A stretch of DNA of 64,000 nt from Chthoniobacteraceae bacterium. Lineage in GTDB: Bacteria > Verrucomicrobiota > Verrucomicrobiia > Chthoniobacterales > Chthoniobacteraceae. How positions within the stretch are numbered: the first letter of the stretch is position 1; every line of letters starts with the position of its first letter. The notes under the pieces were generated by a model. That model was not told where the DNA came from. It saw only the letters and a program-made list of their open reading frames with translations, and made no database searches. A program made the position numbers and the translations under genes. This document shows, piece after piece, positions 11,820 through 20,551 of the stretch. The stretch spans positions 47,821 through 111,820 of the forward strand of contig JBBCKI010000072.1 of NCBI GenBank assembly GCA_037190965.1, given 5' to 3'.

Positions 11820-13775
11820 ATGATTAAGACTGCGTTGACGCTGACAGGGGATCAATTGCAACGGATGGCCCGCTATGTGCGCCATCGGATCGAGGGGATC
11901 GAGGCCGCCCGGAGCCATGGGTGGATTGCCGACCGCGAACGGTTCGACCGGGAGTGGAACGATGACTTTTCGCACAGGAGCCGGGAGAGTGCGGTTTTTG
12001 CGAAGTCCAACGAATCGCTGAACATGGTTGGCTCCGGGGTTGACTATATCCGCTCCCGGATCATGGAGGAGATCTTCGGGAGCAAGCCGTGGTTTTCCGT
12101 CGATTCGAAATCGCGCCGAAGCGGCGGGGCGGCGCTTTCCGATCAGGTGGCGCGGCATCTCCGCTGGAAGCTGGGTCAAGATCAGATCAACTTCGAGGGA
12201 GTGGCGGTCGATCTGATCACGCAGGCCTGCAAGATGGGGGAATGCGTGGCCAAGATTTTTTACAAGACTGACGAAGAGAGCTTCGAGCGGATTGCCTCGA
12301 TTTTGTGGGATACGGAAACCGCTTCGCCGGTACTGACCCCGGAGGGCGATTTTATTTTTGAGGAGGACGCGCATCTTTCAGGGCAGAGGAGTGGCGAGTC
12401 TGAGGCGGAATGGAGACCGGGGCAGGAGGGTTCCTCGGCGGCGCCCAAGCCGTTGCCACCCGGAACCTGCTGGAAGGAGCAGATTGTCTCGGAGCACCGG
12501 GTCCATTACACCGGGGCGAAGGCGGTGCCCATGCACTTCAAGGACTTCTATTGCCCCTTGAATGCGCCCTCGATCCACGAGGCCGACTTTGTGGCGCACA
12601 GGACTTCCATGCGTCTGTCGGATTTGTGCAGGCATCTCGGCATTTCTCCGGAGACTTTCGCTGACCGAGGGGAGGAGAACTATCTCGCGCGGGCCTTGGA
12701 GCAAATCCGACGGGCGGGCGCGCGCGCGGAGACGGGGGCGGAACAGCCGCGGGCGGGAGAAGGCGAGGAGCCGGATGCCGCCGAAGCCGATCCGGAGTTC
12801 CGGCTGGTGGAGGCTTACTTTCAATTCGACGCGCGGGACGATGGCCGCTCCTGCCGGATCTTCATGATGATGGCGTATGACTTCGATCTACCCATCTTCT
12901 GGGACTACAGCGCCAACGTGACTCCGGGCGGACGCTATCCGTTCGAAGCCGTGGTCATCAACAAGGAGCCGCATCGTTGGTACGGGAAGAGCTGGTTCAA
13001 GAAGTACGAGAAATTTCAACAGTTGATCGACAAGCTCCTCAATCAGATCCTTTATCGAAATGAGCTCGCGGCCAATCCCGTCAAATTCCGTCGCAAGGAG
13101 GCGGTGGTGCAATGGCAGGATGATCAACCGTTCGAGATCGGACCGGACAAGGTGTTCGATCTCAACGACGGCTACACCGCTGACGACGCCTTGCAGACGG
13201 CGAAGATTCCCGAGTTGGACGAGCAGACGAAATATCTCCTTGAAACCGTGGTGTCCAGTTGGCGGACCCGGTCGGGAGTGACGACGGCGACACAGGGGAT
13301 GTTCGGCGGTCTCCCCTCGGAGCATACCGCCACGGGGGTGGCGCAGATCGTGGAAAGCGGCACCACGATCTTCAAACCACAGGTCCTGGACATCAAGCGG
13401 GGTTTGGAGGCCGTGCTCAGGCAGTTGGTGACGCATCAGTATACCTGCCAAACGACGGACGAGACGTTCACGTATATGGAGGGGAATGAACGTGTCCAGG
13501 GGACGCTCTCCTGTGAAAGCGTGCGCAATCTGGATTTCAATATTGAACTGACTTTGACGCGCGCTCGCCAGATCCGACGGCTTGAAGCCGCGCGGGTGGG
13601 GGCGGAGTTCTTCAGTAAATTCCTGGCCGTTCCCGACGAGTTCAAGCCGGTGGCGGCTCCGCTTTTCGCGACGATTTACAAGAACCTCGAAATCGACAAC
13701 GCCGACGACTATTTCCGGCAGGCTGTCGAGATTGCCCGGGAGCGGGACAATGAAACGAAGGAGGCACGCGCGTGA
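11820..13775 (+). CDS. Phage portal-like protein (podovirus N4/SU10/P22-type), orphan
   Basis: 651 aa with ordered portal-like motifs: IFGSKPWFSV, GECVAKIFY, DFYCPLNAPSIHEADFVAHR, LVEAYFQFDARDDG, YPF..PHRWYGKS..Q..LLNQ..ANP, SGVT..QG..TATGV. Confidence 0.8.
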   Translation: MIKTALTLTGDQLQRMARYVRHRIEGIEAARSHGWIADRERFDREWNDDFSHRSRESAVFAKSNESLNMVGSGVDYIRSRIMEEIFGSKPWFSVDSKSRRSGGAALSDQVARHLRWKLGQDQINFEGVAVDLITQACKMGECVAKIFYKTDEESFERIASILWDTETASPVLTPEGDFIFEEDAHLSGQRSGESEAEWRPGQEGSSAAPKPLPPGTCWKEQIVSEHRVHYTGAKAVPMHFKDFYCPLNAPSIHEADFVAHRTSMRLSDLCRHLGISPETFADRGEENYLARALEQIRRAGARAETGAEQPRAGEGEEPDAAEADPEFRLVEAYFQFDARDDGRSCRIFMMMAYDFDLPIFWDYSANVTPGGRYPFEAVVINKEPHRWYGKSWFKKYEKFQQLIDKLLNQILYRNELAANPVKFRRKEAVVQWQDDQPFEIGPDKVFDLNDGYTADDALQTAKIPELDEQTKYLLETVVSSWRTRSGVTTATQGMFGGLPSEHTATGVAQIVESGTTIFKPQVLDIKRGLEAVLRQLVTHQYTCQTTDETFTYMEGNERVQGTLSCESVRNLDFNIELTLTRARQIRRLEAARVGAEFFSKFLAVPDEFKPVAAPLFATIYKNLEIDNADDYFRQAVEIARERDNETKEARA

Positions 13776-14041
13776 CGCCGGAACAGAAGATGGAGCGGGT
13801 GGCCGAGATCGCTCAGGAATTGACGCTGCTCAATCGTCTGCCCGCGGAAGGGGCGGCGATTCTGGACCGCGAGCTGGAACGGCTCGTGGCGTTTCATACC
13901 GAGAAATGCTGCGATTGCAGGCTCCCGCCCGAGCAAAGCGCGATGCACCGGGAGGCCCGTGCCCTCGCGCGCGGTCTGCTCGGGTTTTTCGACAAGCGGA
14001 AGACCGCGCTCAAGGACGAGTTGGGCCAGTTGCGGCGATAG
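13772..14041 (+). CDS. Small helical protein translationally coupled to the portal gene
   Basis: GTGA start/stop overlap; 89 aa, helical pattern. Confidence 0.75.
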   Translation: MTPEQKMERVAEIAQELTLLNRLPAEGAAILDRELERLVAFHTEKCCDCRLPPEQSAMHREARALARGLLGFFDKRKTALKDELGQLRR

Positions 14042-14098
14042 GTACAGTAACCACTCCGGTTGGAACAGCCGCTTCGGCAGCAGGCTGCGTTGTCAACA

Positions 14099-14128
14099 TC
14101 AAGCTGTTATCTACGGATAGCAGCTTGA
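14099..14128 (+). terminator. Strong hairpin between convergent genes (terminator-like)
   Basis: TCAAGCTGTTATC-TACG-GATAGCAGCTTGA: 13-bp stem with cUACGg loop; weak U tract. Confidence 0.55.
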
Positions 14129-14188
14129 GTTTCCTCCTTGCCTGGGAAAAGAATCCGGCGGTCGACGCGACTCAGCGTTGACTGGATA

Positions 14189-16096
14189 CTAGATCCCGTT
14201 CCTCCTGCGGCGGAGCAGGAACGCTGCAAGAGCCGCGCTTCCGGTCAAAGCCCACGTCGTCGGTTCAGGCACCGCAGCCAGGATCGTATAACCGCCAAGA
14301 TTATGGTAGCCGGTGTAGTTATACGCGTCGCCTTCGTTCAGGAAATAGAGCGCTTCGAAGCCGCCGGTGTCGGTCGTGACCCAGGCATCGCCATCCCAAA
14401 CCTGGAAAACTCCTTGACCAAGGAGAGTTGTCAGGTCGGAGCGGCGATCGCCATCCCACGCGAAAAAGCCGCCATCGAGGCGCAGGAGATTATTGGTGCC
14501 GCCATTCTGATTCATAACAAGGTTGCCGCCGAGGGAAAACAGCGCCTTGTCCGCGATCGTAATGGTATTGTCACTCCCGAAATTTCCGAAAGTCAGGTCC
14601 CCGGAGTTATTCCAGATGGAGCCCTCTCCGGTCACAACAACAGTATTATTCTTTGCATTGGCATTCGATTCACCGATGCCGGTGCTGCCGCTCTCCAAAA
14701 GGGCTCCACTTTCAACCTTCAGGCTTTGCCAGCTGGAGAAGCTTCCGACACTCAGGACCGTCGTGCTCCAGGAGGTTCCCTCTCCTTTTACCGTGACCGA
14801 GTGCCCGGTTCCCGAATAACCGACCGTTCCGGTTCCGCTCGTCACGGTAGCTCCGTTCTGGATGGTGATGGAGTTGGATGTCCCGGACCGTGCGCCAAGC
14901 TCACCGGAAAGAGTCACCTGAGTCCCCGGTCCCGTGATGAGAATCGAGTTGTTCACTGCCCTAGAGCCTCCTCCAGCACGAATAATGGCTCCGTCTACCG
15001 TAGCACCGTCTTGAATTGTCAATGTGTTGTTGGGCCCGGCCTCTCCCACTGTTACCGATCCGGTGAAGGAGGTGCCAGTGCCGGTAATGAGCATGGAGTT
15101 TGAAGAACCAAGCGTACCGCTGGCAATGAGGGTGGCGACGCTTGTGGAACTCACGACGACCGCCCCATCCTGGATGGTCAGGGAATTTCCTGTGCCGTGG
15201 CTACCGACCCGGAATCGACCGGTCGTGGTGATGCTGGAACCGGATCCACTCACCACGATCGAATTGCTGCTCCCCCTGACGCCGTCATTCCCTCCACCAA
15301 CGTAAATATCACTCGCGGAAGTCCAGGAACCGCCATCTTCGATAGTCAAGGAATTATTGTTCCCGAAAGCGCCGATTTGATTGGCACCGTAATTGGTAGT
15401 TACCAAGGTAGAGCCGGAGCCTGAAATGAGGGCCGTATTGTTCTTCCCTCGACCGGCGGTATTGCTGTTGCCCCATCCAACCACGAAAGACGAGAAAGTC
15501 ACTGAGGCTCCATCCAGAATCTGCAACGAGTTCGAATCGCCCTCCTGCCCAATACTGGCATAAGTACCCGATAGAACCGTGCCGGATCCCTTCACCGTCA
15601 CCGAATTACCGTTCGAACCCAGATTGTAACCGGCTGAAAGCCCTATATTGGAAGACACCAGCCCGAATCCGAAATACCCCCCATCCTCAACCGTCAAGGA
15701 GTTATTGCTCCCATTGTAGCCTATTAAAACGTTGCCGTTCCCCGCAAAACGGGAACCCTCCCCGGTAACCTTGAGCGAGTTTCCCCCGCTGGTCTGGTTA
15801 TATCCGAGGCTCGCCAAACTGTCTCCCACCACGGCGGAGCCGTTGCGAATAATCAATTCATTGTAGGATGTGGTGCTTCCCGTTGTCATTGCGCCGGAAA
15901 AAGTTTTGGGAAACGCTTCCGTATCTCCAATGATATATTGTGCCTTGTCTACCTCTGTGCCTCCTGAATTCATAAGCTCTGGCACTGAGTTATCCACGCT
16001 GACAATTCCTGCATGGGCTGGAGTCATAATCGAAGACACCGCCAGGGAACTGAGAGCGAGGGTTACAGCAAAGGCACGAGAGGAAATTGAATTCAT
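14189..16096 (-). CDS. PEP-CTERM surface protein with G.GS beta-repeat units
   Basis: Signal peptide; repeats such as NSLTIEDGG and V.G.GS; C-terminal VPEPTT-TM-RRRR. Confidence 0.92.
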   Translation of the reverse strand: MNSISSRAFAVTLALSSLAVSSIMTPAHAGIVSVDNSVPELMNSGGTEVDKAQYIIGDTEAFPKTFSGAMTTGSTTSYNELIIRNGSAVVGDSLASLGYNQTSGGNSLKVTGEGSRFAGNGNVLIGYNGSNNSLTVEDGGYFGFGLVSSNIGLSAGYNLGSNGNSVTVKGSGTVLSGTYASIGQEGDSNSLQILDGASVTFSSFVVGWGNSNTAGRGKNNTALISGSGSTLVTTNYGANQIGAFGNNNSLTIEDGGSWTSASDIYVGGGNDGVRGSSNSIVVSGSGSSITTTGRFRVGSHGTGNSLTIQDGAVVVSSTSVATLIASGTLGSSNSMLITGTGTSFTGSVTVGEAGPNNTLTIQDGATVDGAIIRAGGGSRAVNNSILITGPGTQVTLSGELGARSGTSNSITIQNGATVTSGTGTVGYSGTGHSVTVKGEGTSWSTTVLSVGSFSSWQSLKVESGALLESGSTGIGESNANAKNNTVVVTGEGSIWNNSGDLTFGNFGSDNTITIADKALFSLGGNLVMNQNGGTNNLLRLDGGFFAWDGDRRSDLTTLLGQGVFQVWDGDAWVTTDTGGFEALYFLNEGDAYNYTGYHNLGGYTILAAVPEPTTWALTGSAALAAFLLRRRRNGI

Positions 16097-16352
16097 AGTC
16101 ACTGAGAAACTCTCAGATTTTAGAAAACTGCGCCGCGTGGGGAAGAAAATTCCGGCATGCCTCTGGGGATGGTGTATCGAAGCATTTGCAAGTTCTTGAT
16201 ATCGAGCATCTTGCATTCGAGGTGGCAAGAATACGTAATATTACTTAGTTGGCTTGGATGGTCTGCTCTGCCGCCTGGCGGACGGTGAATACCTCCGGAT
16301 CAGGTTGTGTCCACGATTTAGTTGCCTTTTGGCAATTCGTGACTTGGACGAC

Positions 16353-18299
16353 TTACACCGTCTTGGCCGCAAGCGCTTCCCATTCCGCCGTGAGGCGTTC
16401 GAGGTCCTCGGCGATGGAGAGGAGATCGCGATTGAGTTGCATGGCGTTCCCGCCGGGGGCATAGCTCTCGGGTTTCTCCAGTTCGGCGGTCAACTCCCGT
16501 TGGCGGCCTTCGTGGTGAAGGATCTGCATCTCCAGTGCCTGCACACGCTTCTCGTGCTCGCGCTTGGCGGCGGCGACGGCTTTGCGCTGTTCGGCTTCCG
16601 CGCGTTTCTGTTGCCGGGTTTCGCGCATCGAGAGGCCCGGGGCGTCGGTCTCCTCAGTTTTCGCCGCGCTCGGTTTCTCGTCCGGCTGGGCGTTGGAAAG
16701 TTTCTCCCCGGCGGTCAGGGCCGAGCGCGCGGATCCGGCGCGCGTTTTGTCGAGGTAATACTGGTAGTCGCCCGCATAGGGGGTCAGCCGCCCTGCGCTG
16801 ATGTGGAGCACGGTCCGCGCGATCGACCGGATGAAATGGACGTCGTGGCTGATGAAGATCAGCGTTCCCTCATACTGCTGGAGCGCGCCGATGAGCGCGT
16901 CGATGGAGCCGACATCGAGGTGCGTGGTCGGCTCGTCCATGAGGAGGAGGTTTGGGGGATCGAGCAGCAGCTTCACGAGCGCGAGGCGCGTTTTCTCTCC
17001 GCCGCTCAGGACGGCCACCGGCTTGAAGACATCGTCGCCCCGGAAGAGGAAGGAGCCGAGCACCGTGCGGGCGGTCTGTTCGGAGGGCGGGTTGGCCATC
17101 TCCTGCACGCTTTCCAAAACGGTATGCCGGGGGTCGAGCATTTCGACCCGGTACTGCGAGAAGTAGCCGACTTTTACATTATGCCCCAGCGTTCGTTCTC
17201 CGTTCTGTAGGGCAAGCGTTCCGGCGAGTAGTTTGAGAAGCGTCGATTTGCCCGCGCCGTTGGGGCCGACGAGGACCGTTCGCTGGCCGCGTTCCGCCTC
17301 GAAGTTCAATCCTTTGTAGACGGTCAGGTCGCCATAGGCGTGGTCGACGTCTTTGAGTGTAATGGCGCGAACGCCGCTGCGGGGCGGCTGGGGGAAGCTG
17401 AAGTGGACGGTCTTCTGCGCGGCAAGGGGAGCCTCGATCTTCTCCATCCGGTCGATCTGCTTGAGCTTGCTCTGCGCCTGGGAGGCCTTGCTCGCCTTGG
17501 CGCGAAAGCGGTCGGCAAACCGTTGGAGCGTCTCGATCTCTTTCTGCTGGTTTTTGTACGCGGCGAGATGCTGCTCCTCGCGGGCGGCTTTTTCGGCGAC
17601 GTACTTGTCCCAGTTGCCCCGGTAGCGGTTGAGCTTGCGGTGCGCGATCTCGACAATTGAACCGACGAGCGCGTTGAGGAACTCGCGGTCGTGGGAAATC
17701 ATGAGGATCGCCCCCGGATAGCTTGCGAGGTACTCCTGAAACCAGACGAGCGATTCGAGGTCGAGGTGGTTGGTCGGTTCGTCGAGCAGCAGGAGGTCGG
17801 GCTCCTGCACCAGGAGCCGCGCTAGATGTGCCCGCATGATCCAGCCGCCGCTCAACGCACGGGCGGGGCGGTCGAAATCCGAGGTGCGAAAGGCGAGGCC
17901 TGCAAGAATCCGCTTGGCCTTCGGCTCCAGTTGCCAGCCGCCGTGCTCATCGAACACGGCGAGCGCTTCGTGGTGTTCGGGCGAGTCATCGGGCGTCGTT
18001 TTCAGGGTGCGTTGCGCCTTGGCCAGTGCCGGGTGAATGGCCATGGCCAGTTCCAGCACCGTTTCTTCACCGACCGGGGCGCTTTCCTGCGGCAGAAAGC
18101 CAAGGGTGGCGGCGCGTTCCATGGAGACGCGCCCCTCGTCCGGCGAGGCTTCTCCCAGGATCAACGAGAAGAGGGTCGATTTGCCCGCGCCGTTGGGACC
18201 GACAAGGCCCACCCTGTCGCCACGGTTCACCTGAAGGGAGGCATTCTCGAAAAGAACGCGCCCACCGAAACTCTTGCTGACCTGAGAAATTGTAAGCAT
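16353..18299 (-). CDS. ABC-F family ATP-binding protein
   Basis: Two GPNGAGKST Walker A motifs, LSGG signatures, DEPTNHLD and DEPTTHLD, no TM, C-terminal coiled coil. Confidence 0.95.
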   Translation of the reverse strand: MLTISQVSKSFGGRVLFENASLQVNRGDRVGLVGPNGAGKSTLFSLILGEASPDEGRVSMERAATLGFLPQESAPVGEETVLELAMAIHPALAKAQRTLKTTPDDSPEHHEALAVFDEHGGWQLEPKAKRILAGLAFRTSDFDRPARALSGGWIMRAHLARLLVQEPDLLLLDEPTNHLDLESLVWFQEYLASYPGAILMISHDREFLNALVGSIVEIAHRKLNRYRGNWDKYVAEKAAREEQHLAAYKNQQKEIETLQRFADRFRAKASKASQAQSKLKQIDRMEKIEAPLAAQKTVHFSFPQPPRSGVRAITLKDVDHAYGDLTVYKGLNFEAERGQRTVLVGPNGAGKSTLLKLLAGTLALQNGERTLGHNVKVGYFSQYRVEMLDPRHTVLESVQEMANPPSEQTARTVLGSFLFRGDDVFKPVAVLSGGEKTRLALVKLLLDPPNLLLMDEPTTHLDVGSIDALIGALQQYEGTLIFISHDVHFIRSIARTVLHISAGRLTPYAGDYQYYLDKTRAGSARSALTAGEKLSNAQPDEKPSAAKTEETDAPGLSMRETRQQKRAEAEQRKAVAAAKREHEKRVQALEMQILHHEGRQRELTAELEKPESYAPGGNAMQLNRDLLSIAEDLERLTAEWEALAAKTV

Positions 18300-18348
18300 C
18301 GCGAAAGGCGATGACTCTCGCGAGGATGAGCTTCGGGCGCAAGCCCCA

Positions 18349-20037
18349 TCAGCGATTCCTTGATGAGCTGCTCGTTTCCAGCAATGGGGCCAGCGACCCG
18401 TAGAGAAGACTCTCGTAGATCGCGTAGTAAACCGGCGAATCTTCGCTTCGGGCCAGCATGGTTTCCAGCACATTGCGGGCAAGCGCCTGTTTGCCCTGGG
18501 CGATGTAGCAGGCGGCGATGGTCAGCCCTGCCTGCTGGTTGTAGCCGTCGCAGGCTTTGAGGTCGTCAGCGGCCATTTTCCAGGAGGTCGTGCCGCCAAG
18601 GACGGCTTGGGCGGTCTTGTAGGCGGGCCGGTCGCTCTTGTATTCGAGGAATGACTTGAGGAGCGCCGCCGTCTGCGCGGTGTCGCGCCCGCGCGCCGCA
18701 CAAAGAAACAGCGTCGCCCGCCCGGTCAAATTCCAGGGTCTCATGGTGTCGAACCGTTTCGCCGCCTCTGCGGCAAGTTTCCATTCTCCCACCAGGGGGG
18801 CAATCCGCGCCGTGCCGCAAAGGTCATCGGCGTGAGCTGTGGCCGGGTCGAGATCGAGGTCGCTATGAACGGTGATGGCTTGATATTTCTCCTTCATCCC
18901 ATGCTTGAGATAGAACATCTCCAGCCATGGGTTGGTGCTTGGGTCGCCGGTGAAAGAGCCGTAGGTTTCTTCGGCTTCCTTCAGACTGCCTGAACGCTCC
19001 AGAGCTCGGGCTGCCGCGATTTTGGCTCCGGCTCCTGACCGGTTGCGGAGACGGACGAATTCTCTCTCCCGGCCAAAATAGTCCGGGTTGTAACGCGGGC
19101 CGAGCTCCAGAAAGAGCCGGGTTGCCGTTTCATTGTCTCCTTTCCGGGCGGCGAGATGGCACAGACTGCTCAACGCGCGGAACCGGGTGTGTTTGTCATT
19201 GGACTTCATCCCGAACTCGAACCCCCGCCGGACGCGATCATAGTCGGCCATGGAATCATCGAAGAACTCATCTCCAAAATCCTGGGCTTTCAACTGGATC
19301 AACCCCGCATAAAGCAAGTCACCTTGCGCGTCGGGGAAATGGTCTGCAGCATCAGCGGCGAAGGTTTCGAGATCGTCGTGGTCTCCGCGCCACTTCGGCA
19401 GCAGAAAGTAGCCTTTGCTGTTGTAGAGAGGATAATACTCCCGGGCGACGGCGGCCCCCTTTTCGAAATATCGGTTCATCTGGGAGAAGCTCCAGCTCTG
19501 CCCGAGGGCGACCGTGAGCCATATCCGGAAATATTCGGGGTCATCCACCTTGTTGGCATCGATGCTGGTCAATACCTCTTCGGCTTTATCGAGGCGGTCG
19601 CTCATCTGCTTCCATCCCTCTTCGGTGACGGTGCTTGCCCACCCGTACCCGCGGGCTTCCCAGGCATAGTCGGTCCACCAGTCCGCCAGCGCGGTGCGGG
19701 CAGCGGAAGATTCCGGGACCGCCGCCGCCCATTTCTCCAGATCTTCCCGGCGCTTCCCCCATCGATCCTTGCCGGCGCCCTTCTGCAACGAAAAGGCCCT
19801 GTAGAAGGCGGAGAGCTCTGTGTTCGTATCGTCGAGCCGATAACCTTTGGCCTTGATGGATGCTACGAGCGATTCCAGACCCGCGTAGTCCGCATTCTTC
19901 AAAAGGGCTGCGGCCCTGCCTTGGGCGGCATCGCGTATTTCCTGGCTTGCCGCGGAGGCGCCGACCGGCAGATGCATCGCCACAACGAGCGCAATGGCTC
20001 GAAGCGTGGAGGTAAAAGCGCTCTTTAGAAATTCCAT
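18349..20037 (-). CDS. DUF4034-like exported protein with helical repeats
   Basis: Signal peptide; W...PES, YAWEARGYGWASTV and LLPKWRG motifs. Confidence 0.8.
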   Translation of the reverse strand: MEFLKSAFTSTLRAIALVVAMHLPVGASAASQEIRDAAQGRAAALLKNADYAGLESLVASIKAKGYRLDDTNTELSAFYRAFSLQKGAGKDRWGKRREDLEKWAAAVPESSAARTALADWWTDYAWEARGYGWASTVTEEGWKQMSDRLDKAEEVLTSIDANKVDDPEYFRIWLTVALGQSWSFSQMNRYFEKGAAVAREYYPLYNSKGYFLLPKWRGDHDDLETFAADAADHFPDAQGDLLYAGLIQLKAQDFGDEFFDDSMADYDRVRRGFEFGMKSNDKHTRFRALSSLCHLAARKGDNETATRLFLELGPRYNPDYFGREREFVRLRNRSGAGAKIAAARALERSGSLKEAEETYGSFTGDPSTNPWLEMFYLKHGMKEKYQAITVHSDLDLDPATAHADDLCGTARIAPLVGEWKLAAEAAKRFDTMRPWNLTGRATLFLCAARGRDTAQTAALLKSFLEYKSDRPAYKTAQAVLGGTTSWKMAADDLKACDGYNQQAGLTIAACYIAQGKQALARNVLETMLARSEDSPVYYAIYESLLYGSLAPLLETSSSSRNR

Positions 20038-20551
20038 GCGTTTTTCTCTATAAATGATACCGCAAAAATGATAAACCATTAATGAGAGGGGAAGCGATTG
20101 CTGCCAAGCTCACGAAACCGGGGGTGGAATAGGGATTCAGGGGCAAAATTCGTGAAAAATGGGGATTTTTTTGGAATGCGTAAAAAGGGAGGTCGCCACA
20201 GGTTTGGGGTGAGCTTCACTGGGATCGCAGGAACGTCCGGCGGATAAAAACCCGTGAGGAGGCGAGCGATTGAGGCCGTAAACGGTGGAATGACGAAAAA
20301 ATTTTGAGAGAATTGTCAGTTCTTTCGGGTTATCTCCCGTAATAAATGGCTCTCTGCCAGAAAGAAGGAAAAGTTCGAGGTTCATCTTTTCCCGGGTAGG
20401 CGTATGGGCAGTTTTCGTTGACGCGGATAAGGGAAGATTGTTAGAACGCGTCCCGGCTTTTATCGAAAAAGATAAAAGCAAGCACTTGAAACTTGGGAAC
20501 CCTCGCCGTCGCAGAGGAAAAGCACGGCTTAAAAAATCCGAATATCTGCAC

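Noticed and set aside
20501..20528. Possible H-type pseudoknot (CCTC/GAGG, GCCGT/ACGGC) before the autotransporter
   Set aside because: Stems are short enough to arise by chance and lack preQ1, SAM-II or guanidine-III conserved bases.
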